DNA of 26,644 nt, taken from positions 1 to 26,644 of IMG/VR virus record IMGVR_UViG_3300006193_000043; one strand, 5' to 3'. This DNA is from a virus (Duplodnaviria > Caudoviricetes). This document shows, piece after piece, positions 1 to 7,331 of this stretch (the first letter of the stretch is position 1; the number at the start of each line of letters is the position of its first letter). A program made the translations under genes and the position numbers. Below the pieces are notes generated by a model that was given only the letters and a program-made list of their open reading frames with translations, searched no databases and had not been told where the DNA came from.

Positions 1-258
1 TGTTTTACCTTGAATCTGTGTTCTGTTACCTACACGAACTGTAGGAGTATCAGAAGCACCTGCTGCATCAAAGCCTTCTTTTAAACCTGTTGCAACTGCA
101 GCAGCGAGATCATCGGTCTGCCATTCGTGGTAAGTTGCTGTTGCCTTAGTTTTTCCAATAGATGAAACTACTGGTGTTTCTGTTGGAGCAATATTATAGA
201 TTGTGTTGCTTAAATCTTCACGTTGCCCAATAGCTGTATACGTTCTAAATTCTGCCAT
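1..258 (-). CDS. Major capsid protein, N-terminal part (DUF5309/SU10-type), truncated by window edge
   Basis: Not in ORF track. ATG at 258 with AAGGA RBS; reads MAEFRTYTAIGQREDLSNTIYNIAPTETPVVSSIGKTKATATYHEWQTDDL..., a typical DUF5309 capsid N-terminus; directly follows the scaffold gene. Confidence 0.88.
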   Translation of the reverse strand, partial: MAEFRTYTAIGQREDLSNTIYNIAPTETPVVSSIGKTKATATYHEWQTDDLAAAVATGLKEGFDAAGASDTPTVRVGNRTQIQGKT

Positions 259-270
259 TGTTATTTTTCC

Positions 271-1290
271 TTAAATAAAGTTTTCAAAAATAGCTGCTGC
301 GTCTCTAGCTGAGCCAGATTGCTGCAACTTTTGCATTTGTTTTTTTGTTCTGTCAGCTACATTTTGTTTCACTTTAGCTCCACCTTTAAGAGTCCTAGGG
401 GCTTTAGCTACTTTCTTTTTTGCTCTTGCTTTATTAGACATTAGTTTGTCGTATTGAGCAGCTTTATGTAGTACTATGACATGGCGTGAATCATAGACTT
501 GAGATAACTCATCATCTGTGAAACCTACCTTTTTGCCGTAAGTACGAATATCATTTCTGATTTGTTCGCCTTTGGCTTTGTCTGAAAACTCTGGCAAGGA
601 TTGTGTCAGTTTATTTGCTTCTTGTTCTACATACTTTTGCATTTCTACCGACCTATCAGATTCTTGCTCTTGAGCAATTCTTCGTTGTTCGGTTTGCACT
701 TTTTGTAGTTGATCTTTCTTCTCGGTCATTTCTGCGACCTTAACTGCATATCCTATTGGGTCGTTCTCTTTCATTACAGATAAATCTTCTTTACTTTCTG
801 TTCCAACATTTAGGAATTCTTGTAAAGACTGTAATCTTTGTGAATACTCATCTCTAACTTGTCTAGCTTCAATGATAGCTTTAGCTTCTTGGTCTATTAC
901 CTTACGCTGTTCAGCTACTTCTTGAGTCTTTTTTGTATAATCAGAGCCAAGCTGGTAAGATGTAACAAGCTCATCAAGGGTAACTTCTTTTTCTTCGCCA
1001 GCCGCTTTGACTGTGAAAGTTTGTTCTTCCTCAACTACTTCTTCATCCTCAATCTCGGATTCATTTTCAGCTTCTTCTTCAGCTTCTTCAACCTCTTCAG
1101 TTTCTTCAGCTTCAAATTCAACCTCTTCTTCTTCTATTTCTGCTTCTTGTGTATCTTCTTCCTGGTCAGTTGGTTGCTCTTTCGAGTCCTCTGGTGCGGA
1201 TAACATACCTTCAAATGCAGATGTTGCTTCTGATATTGTTAGGTCTGACCCACTTTCCATTGAATCGGAAGTCATGGTTTCTTCACTCAT
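271..1290 (-). CDS. Capsid scaffolding protein
   Basis: Very acidic N-terminal half, VKAAGEEKEVTLDELVTSYQLGSDYTKKTQ motif, coiled coil and basic C-terminus; lies between portal and capsid. Confidence 0.85.
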   Translation of the reverse strand: MSEETMTSDSMESGSDLTISEATSAFEGMLSAPEDSKEQPTDQEEDTQEAEIEEEEVEFEAEETEEVEEAEEEAENESEIEDEEVVEEEQTFTVKAAGEEKEVTLDELVTSYQLGSDYTKKTQEVAEQRKVIDQEAKAIIEARQVRDEYSQRLQSLQEFLNVGTESKEDLSVMKENDPIGYAVKVAEMTEKKDQLQKVQTEQRRIAQEQESDRSVEMQKYVEQEANKLTQSLPEFSDKAKGEQIRNDIRTYGKKVGFTDDELSQVYDSRHVIVLHKAAQYDKLMSNKARAKKKVAKAPRTLKGGAKVKQNVADRTKKQMQKLQQSGSARDAAAIFENFI

Positions 1291-1304
1291 TGTATTTCCT
1301 TAAT

Positions 1305-1344
1305 TGCCATCTAGGTGTGGCATACCATACAGGCTAAATGCCTA
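1305..1344 (-). promoter_or_regulatory. Two short hairpins in the scaffold gene leader
   Basis: Minus strand UAGGC-AUUUA-GCCUG (1344-1330) and UGCCA-CACCUAGA-UGGCA (1322-1305), just upstream of the AAGGA RBS. Confidence 0.35.
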
Positions 1345-1572
1345 TAATATTGTCCATGATTTATCTTTAATCTTGTCGCTATCGACTACAGATTGAAGTC
1401 TAGTCATCATGTTATCTATTGCTTTAATCCTTTGATAAGCCCTTTCTCTTACATCAAGATCTTCTGGATTAGAGTTTTCTATTTCTGCATAACACTCTTT
1501 AGTCATGTCTTTTATTTCATCAAGAAATGATTGAGTATTTAATACAGCTTTAATTTCAAATTGTTTTTCCAT
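1342..1572 (-). CDS. Small hypothetical head-module protein
   Basis: 76 aa ORF coupled to the portal stop (TAATG), in the usual position between portal and scaffold. Confidence 0.75.
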   Translation of the reverse strand: MEKQFEIKAVLNTQSFLDEIKDMTKECYAEIENSNPEDLDVRERAYQRIKAIDNMMTRLQSVVDSDKIKDKSWTIL

Positions 1573-3758
1573 TACATTCCCGCAATGTTATTTATTTTGT
1601 CTAAAGCATCTACAACAACTTTCATTTCTCCTTGTGTAACTTTTGCATCACTTTCTTCTGCTTTTTGCATAAGTTCTAATTCTTTAATAGCCATTTCTTT
1701 TTCAAACTCAACTTTTTCTTGTTCGAGTTTAAGCATAGCTTTAGCTGATTCCATTTCTAATTTCATTCGATCTAACTCTAATTTTTGCTGATCTGTTTGC
1801 ATTTTCATTTGAGCTTTTTCTCTTTCTACTTCTGCTAATATTTTAGTAGCCTCTGTAGTAGGATCAGTTTGCGGTTGTTGTGCTTGTTGTTGAGCTAATT
1901 GATCTGACTGTTCTTGAGTCATATCTTTTAAGAATCCTGACTCGTCTTTAAAACCTGCCATGTTTACAAATTTAGCTAATGTATCTCTATATTGCTTAAT
2001 GCTAACCAAGGGGTTGGATAGGCCGTATTGAGTTAACATTTGTTCTTGTTTATCTAATATCATTTGCATAACACTTAACTGCTCTGATTTGCTACCAGTA
2101 CCTAATCCAACATTAACTGTAACATTGTATTGAGTACTCCATTCTCTAGGATCCATTGGTACAAATTTATTATTAACTCTTATAATTCTTTCTTTTTGTT
2201 GGTATTTACACACTAGATGTAATATACCTTTCATTAGAGATGTAACGCCGGTGTCAGCAAAGATACGAGCTATTAATTCTATTTTGCCACCAGATGCGCT
2301 TGACATAGCAGCAACTGCTGTAGCTGTTACATTCTGCAATATGTTAGGGTCTAATCCTTGTGAAGCCTCACTAACACCACTTCGTTTGGCTTGTACTGTA
2401 TCTAAATACTCAAGCATAGGAAAAGATTGTGCTGCATTAGATTGTACTGGTAAAGGAACTAAAGCATTAGGATTCTTAACTCTAACTACACCGCCTGCTG
2501 TAGAAGTTAAAAGATCATCTAAATTAACCTGTCCTTCAACAGCTCCAACTCTATAGTTATTAGTTAAATATAAGTTGTCTAGCATCTGTCTAGTAATAGT
2601 AGACTTAATAAGCTGTAGATCAACTGCGCGATCTGCTAATGATTGGCCAAAGAACTTATGAGGTATTGGTAAAGGACATACACTGTGGAATGGAACATAG
2701 TCACATTCTTCGTGCATTAATACTTGATTGTCTGCATAACAAACTCTATGTAACTCGGCTATGCCATCCTCATCTAAATCTGTTCTTACATAACATTCAT
2801 AATACTCAACCAACTCCATTGATTCGTCATTACCGTCACCGCTATTAAATGGTTGTTCTCCATTGCCAAATCTTGCAACTCTTTCTGGGGTAAAGTCTAA
2901 TGTATCGCCAGTAGCTAATGTTTCTACTACCTTTGGATCATATCCCATTGCTATTAAATCACTACGTGTAACTAAACTTCTTTGTGCTACAAACGTAGCA
3001 TCTTCAATAGTAGTAGCTCTTTTATCAATTAAGAATTCTTCTGGTGCTACATTTTCTATTTTAACTTTAGAAGAATCTACAGTTCGTTTACACTTAACAT
3101 TATAGTAAGTGTTAATAATAGGTGGAACTTCCATCATCATTGGCTCACCTACTTCATTCATCATAGGTTGGCCAGTCATTGGATCCATTGATACTTGAGG
3201 ATCTTGTTCTATTACTTCCTCAACAGAATCTTGTTCTATTATTTCAATTTCTTCATCTTGCATGAGCATAGTCAGCTCATCCTCACTTAGACCCTCATAC
3301 TTTTCTTTAGTAGTGTCTTTTTTGTCGTCCCAATATGCTTTAACTACTCCAACCTTTTGGCATAAAGCATCCCAAAACCAGCTGTTAAATATTTCAAAAC
3401 CATTATTATCTTTCTGAAGTATGTGATTAACGTAAGATGTTGCTTGTTCTGCAACCTCTGAGTCACCTTCATTAACTGGTTCAAATATTACTGCATTATT
3501 TGACTGCGTAAAGACTTTCATGATCTGAGGTAATGCGCCGTCAATAACCTCTGCAACTTCACCTGTGACAACTTGACTACGCCCTTCCACCTCATTTCCA
3601 TACGGCTCGCGCATATAATACTCAAGTGCTTGTTGTCTTTGCAGTGATGTTTCTGTAGATATAAAACCTAATGAATCATCTATATGTGATTCTATTAAGT
3701 TAACAAAAGTCTGGTTGTCTTCTGTTGATACATCCATTTGTTTTTTATCGTATGCCAT
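1572..3758 (-). CDS. Portal protein (P22/SU10-like)
   Basis: 728 aa; ALEYY...PYGNEVEGRSQVV, KVGVVKAYWD and PIPHKFFGQSLAD motifs; long Gln/Glu-rich C-terminal barrel-type coiled coil. Confidence 0.92.
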   Translation of the reverse strand: MAYDKKQMDVSTEDNQTFVNLIESHIDDSLGFISTETSLQRQQALEYYMREPYGNEVEGRSQVVTGEVAEVIDGALPQIMKVFTQSNNAVIFEPVNEGDSEVAEQATSYVNHILQKDNNGFEIFNSWFWDALCQKVGVVKAYWDDKKDTTKEKYEGLSEDELTMLMQDEEIEIIEQDSVEEVIEQDPQVSMDPMTGQPMMNEVGEPMMMEVPPIINTYYNVKCKRTVDSSKVKIENVAPEEFLIDKRATTIEDATFVAQRSLVTRSDLIAMGYDPKVVETLATGDTLDFTPERVARFGNGEQPFNSGDGNDESMELVEYYECYVRTDLDEDGIAELHRVCYADNQVLMHEECDYVPFHSVCPLPIPHKFFGQSLADRAVDLQLIKSTITRQMLDNLYLTNNYRVGAVEGQVNLDDLLTSTAGGVVRVKNPNALVPLPVQSNAAQSFPMLEYLDTVQAKRSGVSEASQGLDPNILQNVTATAVAAMSSASGGKIELIARIFADTGVTSLMKGILHLVCKYQQKERIIRVNNKFVPMDPREWSTQYNVTVNVGLGTGSKSEQLSVMQMILDKQEQMLTQYGLSNPLVSIKQYRDTLAKFVNMAGFKDESGFLKDMTQEQSDQLAQQQAQQPQTDPTTEATKILAEVEREKAQMKMQTDQQKLELDRMKLEMESAKAMLKLEQEKVEFEKEMAIKELELMQKAEESDAKVTQGEMKVVVDALDKINNIAGM

Positions 3759-4498
3759 TAATATTTACTTCCTAAGTTTCGTATTATATCTTCTAAGTTT
3801 TTTGCTCTTTGATCTTTTGTTGGGTTTAAATCTCTCGAAGGATTAAAGTTAATGTTAACATCCCTTGCTTTGTCTTTACCAACAAATGCATTGCCGACTC
3901 TAGAAGGTAATGAAGATATGCCTTTACCAAGATCAAACCCTTGCTCTGGCATAACAAATGTTTCCTTTGCAACCAATCCTAACTTTTCAATGTTAGACAT
4001 GCCATCATATCTTGATGTTGTTGATACTGATTTAGGCATAAGTCTTTCTACGTGATCATTGACAAAATCGTATGTTTCATCTACACTATAACTACCATCT
4101 TCGTTTAATTTGTATGGAAATCTACCTAAAGTATTCATGATTGAAGCAGATGGAGATATATCAACATCACCTCTATTTTTATTATCTAAAGCTTGATAAG
4201 TTTGGTAGTCAACGTTGCCACCACCAGAGTTAAAATTATCTATTGCCCCTTGATTAGGGAAATACTTTTGGTATGCTGTATAGCCACCTGATTCTACTGG
4301 TTCTTGTTCTGGTACTCTCCATTGATAAGCATCTAACAAGCCTTGTTTAAATCTTCTAGACTCTTCAATAGTATCTTCAACTCTACCTATGTCAGCAGCA
4401 CTTAAGTTTTCTGCTGTTATTGGACTTTTGTTACCTGATATTGTCTCAATAAGAGTCCTCATTTGTAACGGAATTTTTTTGTATATATCTTCAGCCAT
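3758..4498 (-). CDS. Hypothetical protein between terminase and portal
   Basis: 246 aa ORF coupled to the portal start; no recognised catalytic motif. Confidence 0.7.
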   Translation of the reverse strand: MAEDIYKKIPLQMRTLIETISGNKSPITAENLSAADIGRVEDTIEESRRFKQGLLDAYQWRVPEQEPVESGGYTAYQKYFPNQGAIDNFNSGGGNVDYQTYQALDNKNRGDVDISPSASIMNTLGRFPYKLNEDGSYSVDETYDFVNDHVERLMPKSVSTTSRYDGMSNIEKLGLVAKETFVMPEQGFDLGKGISSLPSRVGNAFVGKDKARDVNINFNPSRDLNPTKDQRAKNLEDIIRNLGSKY

Positions 4499-4652
4499 TA
4501 CTTTTAGCTTTTTTAGACAACTCTTTATAGTGTACTAATTTTTGAGATGTTTTAGTATGGGTTTTATTTGTATGCAAACTGCCATTAGGCATTGTATGCA
4601 TATTGCCTTTCCATTCTTTACCATCTTTAGTGTAGTGTTTTACGCCTTTCAT
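4491..4652 (-). CDS. Small His/Lys-rich hypothetical protein (53 aa)
   Basis: Not in ORF track. MKGVKHYTKDGKEWKGNMHTMPNGSLHTNKTHTKTSQKLVHYKELSKKAKSNG; fills the gap and overlaps the next start codon. Confidence 0.7.
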   Translation of the reverse strand: MKGVKHYTKDGKEWKGNMHTMPNGSLHTNKTHTKTSQKLVHYKELSKKAKSNG

Positions 4653-4655
4653 AAT

Positions 4656-4865
4656 TTACTCTTCATTAAGCTTGACCAATATATCTATCTTACCACTGTC
4701 TATTACTTTGCTGTCTGTAGTAAAAGATAAATCTACTTCTTCAGCTCTTTGTATTCTTATAAAACCAAGATCAATAATAAAATAATCATACATTTTGTCC
4801 TTTATACAATTAGAATAAAATTCGAAGCCAACATGAAATCCACAAAATAAGTGATATGACCACAT
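4656..4865 (-). CDS. Hypothetical protein
   Basis: 69 aa ORF tightly packed on the coding strand. Confidence 0.55.
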   Translation of the reverse strand: MWSYHLFCGFHVGFEFYSNCIKDKMYDYFIIDLGFIRIQRAEEVDLSFTTDSKVIDSGKIDILVKLNEE

Positions 4866-4867
4866 GG

Positions 4868-4978
4868 TTACATCCTAAACTTAGCAGCAGCAGATGATAA
4901 TGATTTGTCATCTTCAGGTAATTCTACTTTCTTTTTACCATATCCAGGAATTTTTTTGTTTTTTGTTTTACCTTTCAT
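4868..4978 (-). CDS. Small basic hypothetical protein (36 aa)
   Basis: Not in ORF track. MKGKTKNKKIPGYGKKKVELPEDDKSLSSAAAKFRM; GAGGAG upstream; stop is 2 nt before the next ATG. Confidence 0.45.
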   Translation of the reverse strand: MKGKTKNKKIPGYGKKKVELPEDDKSLSSAAAKFRM

Positions 4979-5034
4979 TTTTTTACCAATCTCCTCATAT
5001 TCGTGTGTTGTAAGCAATTGTTTTTTTCCTTATG

Positions 5035-5277
5035 TTATTGATTGTAAACGTGAAGTACTCCAATAAAGTAAACTAGTATTGCTACTGCGTTTAGTATTAT
5101 TAGTGCTCTGTCATTCCACCTTATAGATACATAACTCCAACCAAAGCTTGCTAATAACCCCATATATATATTCAATGGGTACATATTAGCGCTTGTAAGA
5201 GCCATTGTAACAACCATAACTATAGAACTTAACCACTTTATTAGCCAAACGTGGTCTCTCTTATGTATATCAACCAA
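5035..5277 (-). CDS. Small three-helix membrane protein (DUF6552-like / PnuC-SemiSWEET-like)
   Basis: 80 aa, three hydrophobic segments, KW....YPLNI...GW..V...WNDRALIILNAV pattern; AGGAG RBS. Confidence 0.65.
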   Translation of the reverse strand: MVDIHKRDHVWLIKWLSSIVMVVTMALTSANMYPLNIYMGLLASFGWSYVSIRWNDRALIILNAVAILVYFIGVLHVYNQ

Positions 5278-5287
5278 TGTACTCTCC

Positions 5288-6556
5288 TTATACTATCCAG
5301 TTTTGATTATTATCTAATGGCTTGTCCCAGTTAGATTTATACGTGTTTGATGTCATACCAACAGCAAGGTATCTAAATGCGTCAGCACAATGGCTAGACC
5401 AATCATGTAGAGGTGCTGTCATGTATACATTTAACTTATCATTAAACTGTCTTCTATAGTTTCTTAAGCATTCTAAACCATACTTTGTTGTATCTCTATT
5501 GAACCAACAATTTGGTATCATTCGTCTGACAGATTGTATGCCATCTTCTATTGATAGCTTTGGTGCAACAACTATAGCTAAACCAGCCTCTTCTAGTACT
5601 TCTTTCCTAGACTTGCCAGTACCTAGTTCCCTTACAACTACATCATGTGGCAATATGTGCTCATAATCTTCATAGCCATTATCTTTTATCCATTGTACGT
5701 AATGATCTAAGCCTTGTCCATGGTTCTCGTAGTAGTTAACTAACCTTACTTCCATTCCTTGTAGCTGAGCAACCCATATAGATGTAGAATCACCCATACC
5801 TAGATCCCATGCTGTTACACCTCTACATAGTGTATCTTCAGCTATATTCATTACATGTCCATCTTTGTTTATGTTGCTTAGCATTTCACCGTAGAATGAT
5901 CCTACGATAGGCGCATCAAAGCTAATCTCGAACTCTTGATTATATTTGTTGTCTCCCATAGACCTTTTAGCATCTAGCAACTCTTCTTTGTTAATTATTC
6001 CTGTTTCACTAGCTTTAAATTCTAACAATTTCCAACCATCTCCTTGATCAGCTCTATCTCTTAATTCTTTAAAATGATTTGCACCTTTAGGTGTGCCAAT
6101 AAAGCTACACCAACCCATCCTATCTGATAGAGCAGGTCTAATAACATCTGTAAACAGACTTGGAGAAACATCTCCAATCTCGTCTACAACAACGCCATCA
6201 AGGTATATTCCACGTAGTGAGTCAGGGGAATCAGCACCATATAGTGATATTCTACGACCCATAAAATCAACTCTTAACTCTGCTATGTTGATCTTTGCGC
6301 CTAATGGTCTAGTGTATTCTAGTAAGTAGTCCCACGCAATGCGCTTAGATTGCGCGTATGTAGGAGCTATGTATGCAAACCTAGGATCTTTTTTATCGCA
6401 TTTTAAAGCACTATGAATTAATTGATTTATAGCAGCTACCGTCTTGCCCATACGGCGATGGCATACTGCCACTACAAATCGATTATCTCTTACTGCCTTA
6501 TGTATGTCTCTTTGAGGATCTCTTGGTATATAACCAGTATCAACTGTCTCCATCAT
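5288..6556 (-). CDS. terL: Terminase large subunit
   Basis: Walker A variant HRRMGKT, YIAPTYAQ, LRGIYLDGVVVDE Walker B, GTPKG coupling motif, nuclease WDLG..D and HDWSSHCADAFRY. Confidence 0.96.
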   Translation of the reverse strand: MMETVDTGYIPRDPQRDIHKAVRDNRFVVAVCHRRMGKTVAAINQLIHSALKCDKKDPRFAYIAPTYAQSKRIAWDYLLEYTRPLGAKINIAELRVDFMGRRISLYGADSPDSLRGIYLDGVVVDEIGDVSPSLFTDVIRPALSDRMGWCSFIGTPKGANHFKELRDRADQGDGWKLLEFKASETGIINKEELLDAKRSMGDNKYNQEFEISFDAPIVGSFYGEMLSNINKDGHVMNIAEDTLCRGVTAWDLGMGDSTSIWVAQLQGMEVRLVNYYENHGQGLDHYVQWIKDNGYEDYEHILPHDVVVRELGTGKSRKEVLEEAGLAIVVAPKLSIEDGIQSVRRMIPNCWFNRDTTKYGLECLRNYRRQFNDKLNVYMTAPLHDWSSHCADAFRYLAVGMTSNTYKSNWDKPLDNNQNWIV

Positions 6557-6812
6557 CTATGCCAGTCACAACCTTAATTGTTATAGGGTTATCACTATCT
6601 CCTGTTACCATATTTTCTTGCATAGACTTACCATCTAACCTATCTCCAAGCTCTTTAATGGCTCCTATATCGCCTTCAGATGCTTTTTCAAACAAAGCAT
6701 TAGCTACCTTATGTAGCTTAGCATGATCTTCTTGTATAGCTAACTTTCTAACTATCTTAGACCATATTCTTTTTTCTAATGTTGAGTTTTTATTTCCTAT
6801 TGGAGCTGCCAT
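6540..6812 (-). CDS. Terminase small subunit (putative)
   Basis: MAAPIGNKNS N-terminus, A..GDIGAIKELGDRLDGK motif, overlaps the TerL start. Confidence 0.75.
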   Translation of the reverse strand: MAAPIGNKNSTLEKRIWSKIVRKLAIQEDHAKLHKVANALFEKASEGDIGAIKELGDRLDGKSMQENMVTGDSDNPITIKVVTGIDDGDS

Positions 6813-6826
6813 ATATCGCCTATATT

Positions 6827-6890
6827 AAAAAGAGGGGGGAGGGTCGTTTTGCACAACCATACACATAGGAGAATTATGTGACTCCCCACC
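6827..6890 (-). ncRNA. Candidate structured RNA / terminator-like three-way junction in the pqqA 3' region
   Basis: P1 GGUGGGGAG/CUCCCCCC, P2 CACAUA-AUUCUCC-UAUGUG, P3 GGUUGU-GCAA-AACGACC (GNRA loop), followed by UCUUUUU; GC-rich island in an AT-rich genome. Confidence 0.55.
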
Positions 6891-6897
6891 AAATTAG

Positions 6898-6969
6898 TTA
6901 CTTATTCATTACGTACATCGTAACTTCAAAGCCAAAGCGCATTTCTGTTGCTTTAGGTGTTGTCCACAT
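6898..6969 (-). CDS. pqqA: Pyrroloquinoline quinone precursor peptide PqqA
   Basis: Not in ORF track. MWTTPKATEMRFGFEVTMYVMNK (23 aa) with W..P, GFEV and the invariant E-x-x-x-Y; AAGGA RBS 7 nt upstream (alternative ATG at 6975). Confidence 0.95.
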   Translation of the reverse strand: MWTTPKATEMRFGFEVTMYVMNK

Positions 6970-7021
6970 AGTCATATCCTTTATATAAATTTTAAAATAC
7001 AAATATCATAAGGGAAGTATT

Positions 7022-7243
7022 CTAAGCCTTACTTGATTGCTCCTGTATCAACCATTGAAGATATACCATAGCCTTATGATAGTCTTCTACAGCTGAATCC
7101 TTGTAGTTAGCTCGACTGAGGTATTTGATTACATTGCCACGTAAATAGCCTATTAGCTCTTGTTTGCTCAATTTTGCTTTAATATAGTCAATCGTCTCAA
7201 TCGATCCAACGTTGTAATGCTTAACGTTATCTTGTATGTCCAT
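7022..7243 (-). CDS. DUF3310 (SaV / T7 gp1.7-like) protein
   Basis: V.HY....IETIDYI, GYLRGNVIKYLSRA and ED..KA..YL motifs; GGAG RBS. Confidence 0.85.
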   Translation of the reverse strand: MDIQDNVKHYNVGSIETIDYIKAKLSKQELIGYLRGNVIKYLSRANYKDSAVEDYHKAMVYLQWLIQEQSSKA

Positions 7244-7300
7244 ACGTTCTCCATGTATGTGTATCTAGTTTGTTTCATTTTAACTATCTACATAGTATAA

Positions 7301-7326
7301 TAAAAATACCCCATAAGCTATTGATA
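7301..7326 (-). promoter_or_regulatory. 26-bp repeated intergenic element containing IHF consensus (copy 1)
   Basis: Minus strand TATCAATAGCTTA-TGG-GGTATTTTTA; perfect WATCAANNNNTTR; 23/26 identical to the copy at 17993-18018. Confidence 0.6.
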
Positions 7327-7331
7327 TTAAA

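Noticed and set aside
859-1337. Plus-strand ORFs, including a Ser-rich 98 aa and a Phe-rich 114 aa ORF
   Set aside because: Antisense shadows of the Glu-rich scaffold gene (GAA codons read as TTC/TCT); no RBS support.
6827-6890. tRNA or tRNA fragment
   Set aside because: Only two internal arms; no T-loop GTTC, D-loop or CCA features.
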